Positions 1 through 1,846 of a stretch of 1,846 nt of DNA are shown here, in pieces. The stretch lies in the NCBI RefSeq assembly GCF_003334255.1, contig NZ_QOWU01000145.1; one strand, written 5' to 3'. The notes under the pieces were generated by a model. It was not told the DNA's origin, did no database searches, and saw only the letters and a program-made list of their open reading frames with translations. How positions within the stretch are numbered: position 1 is the first letter of the stretch; every line of letters starts with the position of its first letter. The position numbers were made by a program, and so were the translations under genes. Origin of the DNA: Escherichia coli. Lineage in GTDB: Bacteria; Pseudomonadota; Gammaproteobacteria; Enterobacterales; Enterobacteriaceae.

Positions 1-22
1 AGCTGATAGAAACAGAAGCCAC
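1..22 (-). CDS. insA: insA (IS1 transposition regulator) N-terminal fragment, 7 codons from a GTG start, truncated by window edge
   Basis: Minus strand from 22 reads GTG GCT TCT GTT TCT ATC AGC T, i.e. (M/V)ASVSIS, matching the known InsA N-terminus MASVSISCPSC. Preceded by GAGG. Only 22 nt are visible. Confidence 0.6.
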
Positions 23-42
23 TGGAGCACCTCAAAAACACC

Positions 43-48
43 ATCATA
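43..48 (-). promoter_or_regulatory. -10-like hexamer TATGAT in the IS1 insA promoter region, directing transcription leftward out of the window
   Basis: TATGAT on the minus strand lies 20 nt upstream of the insA GTG, with GAGG as a Shine-Dalgarno 7 nt before the GTG. The insA promoter is known to lie in the IS1 left end; the exact hexamer assignment is my inference. Confidence 0.5.
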
Positions 49-54
49 CACTAA

Positions 55-77
55 ATCAGTAAGTTGGCAGCATCACC
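55..77 (-). repeat. IS1 terminal inverted repeat IRL (about 23 bp), terminus at position 77 facing glcA
   Basis: Minus strand 77..55 reads GGTGATGCTGCCAACTTACTGAT, the known IS1 IRL. Exact extent of the IR is from established descriptions of IS1. Confidence 0.85.
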
Positions 78-1752
78 CTGGACCCAAATGTATATGCCGA
101 TGGGAGGACTGGGGCTATCCGCTCTGGTCGCCCTGATCCCGATAATATTCTTCTTCGTTGCACTCGCGGTATTACGTCTGAAAGGACATGTCGCTGGAGC
201 AATAACCCTTATATTATCTATCCTGATTGCAATATTCGCCTTTAAAATGCCGATTGATATGGCATTTGCTGCTGCGGGCTATGGCTTTATTTATGGATTA
301 TGGCCAATAGCGTGGATTATTGTCGCGGCGGTGTTCCTGTATAAATTAACCGTTGCCAGCGGGCAGTTCGATATTATCCGCAGCTCGGTTATCTCCATCA
401 CCGACGATCAGCGTTTGCAGGTGTTACTGATTGGTTTCTCCTTTGGTGCGTTGCTGGAAGGAGCGGCTGGCTTTGGTGCGCCGGTGGCGATTACCGGTGC
501 GCTGCTGGTGGGCCTGGGCTTCAAACCGTTATACGCGGCGGGGCTGTGTCTGATTGCCAATACTGCGCCGGTGGCGTTTGGTGCGTTGGGCGTGCCGATT
601 CTGGTCGCCGGTCAGGTAACGGGAATCGATCCGTTCCACATTGGCGCAATGGCGGGACGTCAGTTACCGTTCCTGTCGGTTCTTGTGCCGTTCTGGCTGG
701 TAGCAATGATGGACGGCTGGAAAGGGGTGAAAGAGACGTGGCCAGCGGCGCTGGTTGCTGGGGGAAGCTTCGCTGTCACTCAGTTCTTTACCTCTAACTA
801 TATTGGTCCGGAACTGCCGGATATTACTTCGGCGCTGGTGAGTATCGTCTCACTCGCTTTATTCCTTAAAGTCTGGCGGCCGAAAAATACCGAAACGGCA
901 ATCAGCATGGGACAATCCGCAGGTGCGATGGTGGTAAATAAGCCATCTTCTGGCGGTCCCGTGCCTTCAGAATATAGTCTGGGGCAAATCATTCGAGCGT
1001 GGTCACCGTTTTTAATCTTAACGGTGCTGGTCACCATCTGGACCATGAAGCCGTTTAAAGCGTTATTTGCTCCGGGCGGCGCGTTTTATTCACTGGTGAT
1101 TAATTTCCAGATCCCTCATTTGCATCAACAAGTGTTGAAAGCGGCACCCATTGTCGCCCAACCAACGCCAATGGATGCGGTGTTTAAATTCGACCCCCTC
1201 TCGGCTGGCGGCACCGCTATTTTTATTGCGGCGATTATCTCTATCTTCATCCTCGGTGTGGGGATCAAGAAAGGTATTGGCGTCTTTGCCGAAACGCTAA
1301 TTAGCTTGAAGTGGCCGATACTGTCGATTGGCATGGTGCTGGCGTTCGCCTTCGTCACCAACTATTCTGGCATGTCCACCACGCTGGCGCTGGTACTGGC
1401 AGGTACAGGCGTGATGTTCCCGTTCTTCTCACCGTTTCTCGGCTGGCTGGGCGTATTCCTTACCGGCTCGGACACCTCCTCTAACGCCCTGTTTGGTTCA
1501 CTGCAATCGACCACGGCGCAGCAAATCAACGTCTCTGACACCCTGCTGGTGGCAGCAAACACCAGCGGCGGCGTAACTGGCAAGATGATCTCCCCGCAAT
1601 CTATCGCCGTGGCCTGCGCCGCGACGGGCATGGTGGGCCGAGAATCTGAACTGTTCCGCTACACCGTGAAGCACAGTCTGATTTTTGCCAGCGTTATCGG
1701 CATTATCACCCTGCTGCAGGCGTATGTGTTTACCGGGATGTTAGTCTCGTAA
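64..1752 (+). CDS. glcA: Glycolate / L-lactate / D-lactate permease GlcA (LctP family, TC 2.A.14); 5' end abuts IS1 terminus and native start codon is absent
   Basis: Single long ORF ending at TAA 1750..1752. From [40 protein letters not shown] onward the translation matches my recollection of E. coli GlcA (about 560 aa, native N-terminus MVTWTQMYMP; homolog LldP starts MNLWQQNYDP). It is highly hydrophobic with a central hydrophilic loop, as expected for LctP permeases. The 64 coordinate is the ORF-track TTG, which lies inside IS1 sequence. The first in-frame ATGs are at 88, 94 and 100 (native Met7, Met9, Met11), so the true initiation site is uncertain. Confidence 0.93.
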   Translation: MAASPWTQMYMPMGGLGLSALVALIPIIFFFVALAVLRLKGHVAGAITLILSILIAIFAFKMPIDMAFAAAGYGFIYGLWPIAWIIVAAVFLYKLTVASGQFDIIRSSVISITDDQRLQVLLIGFSFGALLEGAAGFGAPVAITGALLVGLGFKPLYAAGLCLIANTAPVAFGALGVPILVAGQVTGIDPFHIGAMAGRQLPFLSVLVPFWLVAMMDGWKGVKETWPAALVAGGSFAVTQFFTSNYIGPELPDITSALVSIVSLALFLKVWRPKNTETAISMGQSAGAMVVNKPSSGGPVPSEYSLGQIIRAWSPFLILTVLVTIWTMKPFKALFAPGGAFYSLVINFQIPHLHQQVLKAAPIVAQPTPMDAVFKFDPLSAGGTAIFIAAIISIFILGVGIKKGIGVFAETLISLKWPILSIGMVLAFAFVTNYSGMSTTLALVLAGTGVMFPFFSPFLGWLGVFLTGSDTSSNALFGSLQSTTAQQINVSDTLLVAANTSGGVTGKMISPQSIAVACAATGMVGRESELFRYTVKHSLIFASVIGIITLLQAYVFTGMLVS

Positions 1753-1769
1753 ATCAATAAAGCCGGATG

Positions 1770-1792
1770 GGTGATGCTGCCAACTTACTGAT
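1770..1792 (+). repeat. IS1 terminal inverted repeat IRL (about 23 bp), terminus at 1770 facing glcA
   Basis: GGTGATGCTGCCAACTTACTGAT at 1770..1792. Confidence 0.85.
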
Positions 1793-1798
1793 TTAGTG

Positions 1799-1804
1799 TA
1801 TGAT
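1799..1804 (+). promoter_or_regulatory. -10-like hexamer TATGAT in the IS1 insA promoter region, directing transcription rightward out of the window
   Basis: TATGAT at 1799..1804, GAGG Shine-Dalgarno at 1814..1817, insA GTG at 1825. The spacing fits a promoter, leader and start arrangement. Hexamer assignment is inference. Confidence 0.5.
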
Positions 1805-1824
1805 GGTGTTTTTGAGGTGCTCCA

Positions 1825-1846
1825 GTGGCTTCTGTTTCTATCAGCT
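1825..1846 (+). CDS. insA: insA (IS1 transposition regulator) N-terminal fragment, 7 codons from a GTG start, truncated by window edge
   Basis: GTG GCT TCT GTT TCT ATC AGC T at 1825..1846 encodes (M/V)ASVSIS, matching the InsA N-terminus, and is preceded by GAGG. Confidence 0.6.

Larger units (their letters stand above)
1..77 (-). mobile_element. IS1 left end (first 77 bp of the element), reverse orientation; element body continues beyond window start
   Basis: Reverse complement of 1..77 reads GGTGATGCTGCCAACTTACTGATTTAGTGTATGATGGTGTTTTTGAGGTGCTCCAGTGGCTTCTGTTTCTATCAGCT, which I recognise as the canonical IS1 left terminus (IRL, insA promoter region, start of insA). Identical to the copy at 1770..1846. 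Recognition is from memory, not a database search. Confidence 0.9.
1770..1846 (+). mobile_element. IS1 left end (first 77 bp of the element), forward orientation; element body continues beyond window end
   Basis: 1770..1846 reads GGTGATGCTGCCAACTTACTGATTTAGTGTATGATGGTGTTTTTGAGGTGCTCCAGTGGCTTCTGTTTCTATCAGCT, the canonical IS1 left terminus. It begins 17 bp after the glcA stop codon. Confidence 0.9.

Noticed and set aside
88-90. ATG at 88 as the native glcA start codon (which would make the gene intact)
   Set aside because: Codons in frame upstream of 88 (W-T-Q at 79..87) match the native GlcA N-terminus MVTWTQM as I recall it and align with the LldP N-terminus. The native start therefore lies 3 codons upstream of the Trp codon, inside what is now IS1 sequence; ATG 88 corresponds to internal Met7.
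521-1631. Five ORFs of 61-89 aa from the six-frame track lying inside glcA (521..706 -, 546..797 +, 798..1046 -, 1125..1361 -, 1362..1631 -)
   Set aside because: All are entirely embedded in the glcA reading frame in alternative frames or antisense. Their translations are low-complexity and Pro/Arg/Gly/Ala-rich, typical of out-of-frame reading of GC-rich coding DNA, and none has a recognisable RBS or family resemblance. Most likely spurious.
78-1769. The inverted repeat is 78 bp, one base longer than the 77 bp of IS1 (C at 78, G at 1769)
   Set aside because: A single extra matching base adjacent to each IS1 terminus is expected by chance about one time in four. Position 78 also matches what the native glcA codon 3 would have, so it is plausibly host sequence rather than part of the element.
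1-1846. Cloning-vector origin of the flanks (the same IS1 left-end sequence occurs in Tn9-derived vectors such as pACYC184 next to cat)
   Set aside because: The sequence is simply the native IS1 terminus. It occurs at both ends in inverted orientation, terminating exactly at the IS1 end, and no other vector sequence (cat, p15A ori) is present. Vector contamination cannot be fully excluded without a search but is not the most economical explanation.
1-1846. A novel or previously undescribed system (defence, toxin-antitoxin, CRISPR, novel RNA gene) in this window
   Set aside because: Nothing in the sequence supports one. There are no repeat arrays, no unexplained intergenic space (only 17 bp outside the CDS and IS1 ends), and no unassigned ORF with features of a real gene. 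The content is fully explained by glcA plus IS1 termini.

Overview
The window is a single well-known E. coli-type gene, glcA (glycolate/lactate permease, LctP family), bounded on both sides by the first 77 bp of insertion sequence IS1 in inverted orientation. Positions 1..78 are the exact reverse complement of 1769..1846 (78/78, checked by hand). Both flanks are the IS1 left end (IRL, insA promoter region and first 7 codons of insA), with IRL facing glcA and insA reading out of the window. The left IS1 terminus abuts glcA at about codon 3, so the native start codon, RBS and promoter are absent. The right terminus starts 17 bp after the glcA stop. I see no evidence for a novel biological system: the content is a known transporter gene plus known IS1 ends. 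What merits follow-up is the IS1-glcA-IS1 architecture (composite-transposon-like, or an assembly contig broken at collapsed IS1 repeats) and the displaced 5' end of glcA. All identifications rest on recall of the IS1 and GlcA sequences and manual inspection; no database search was run.
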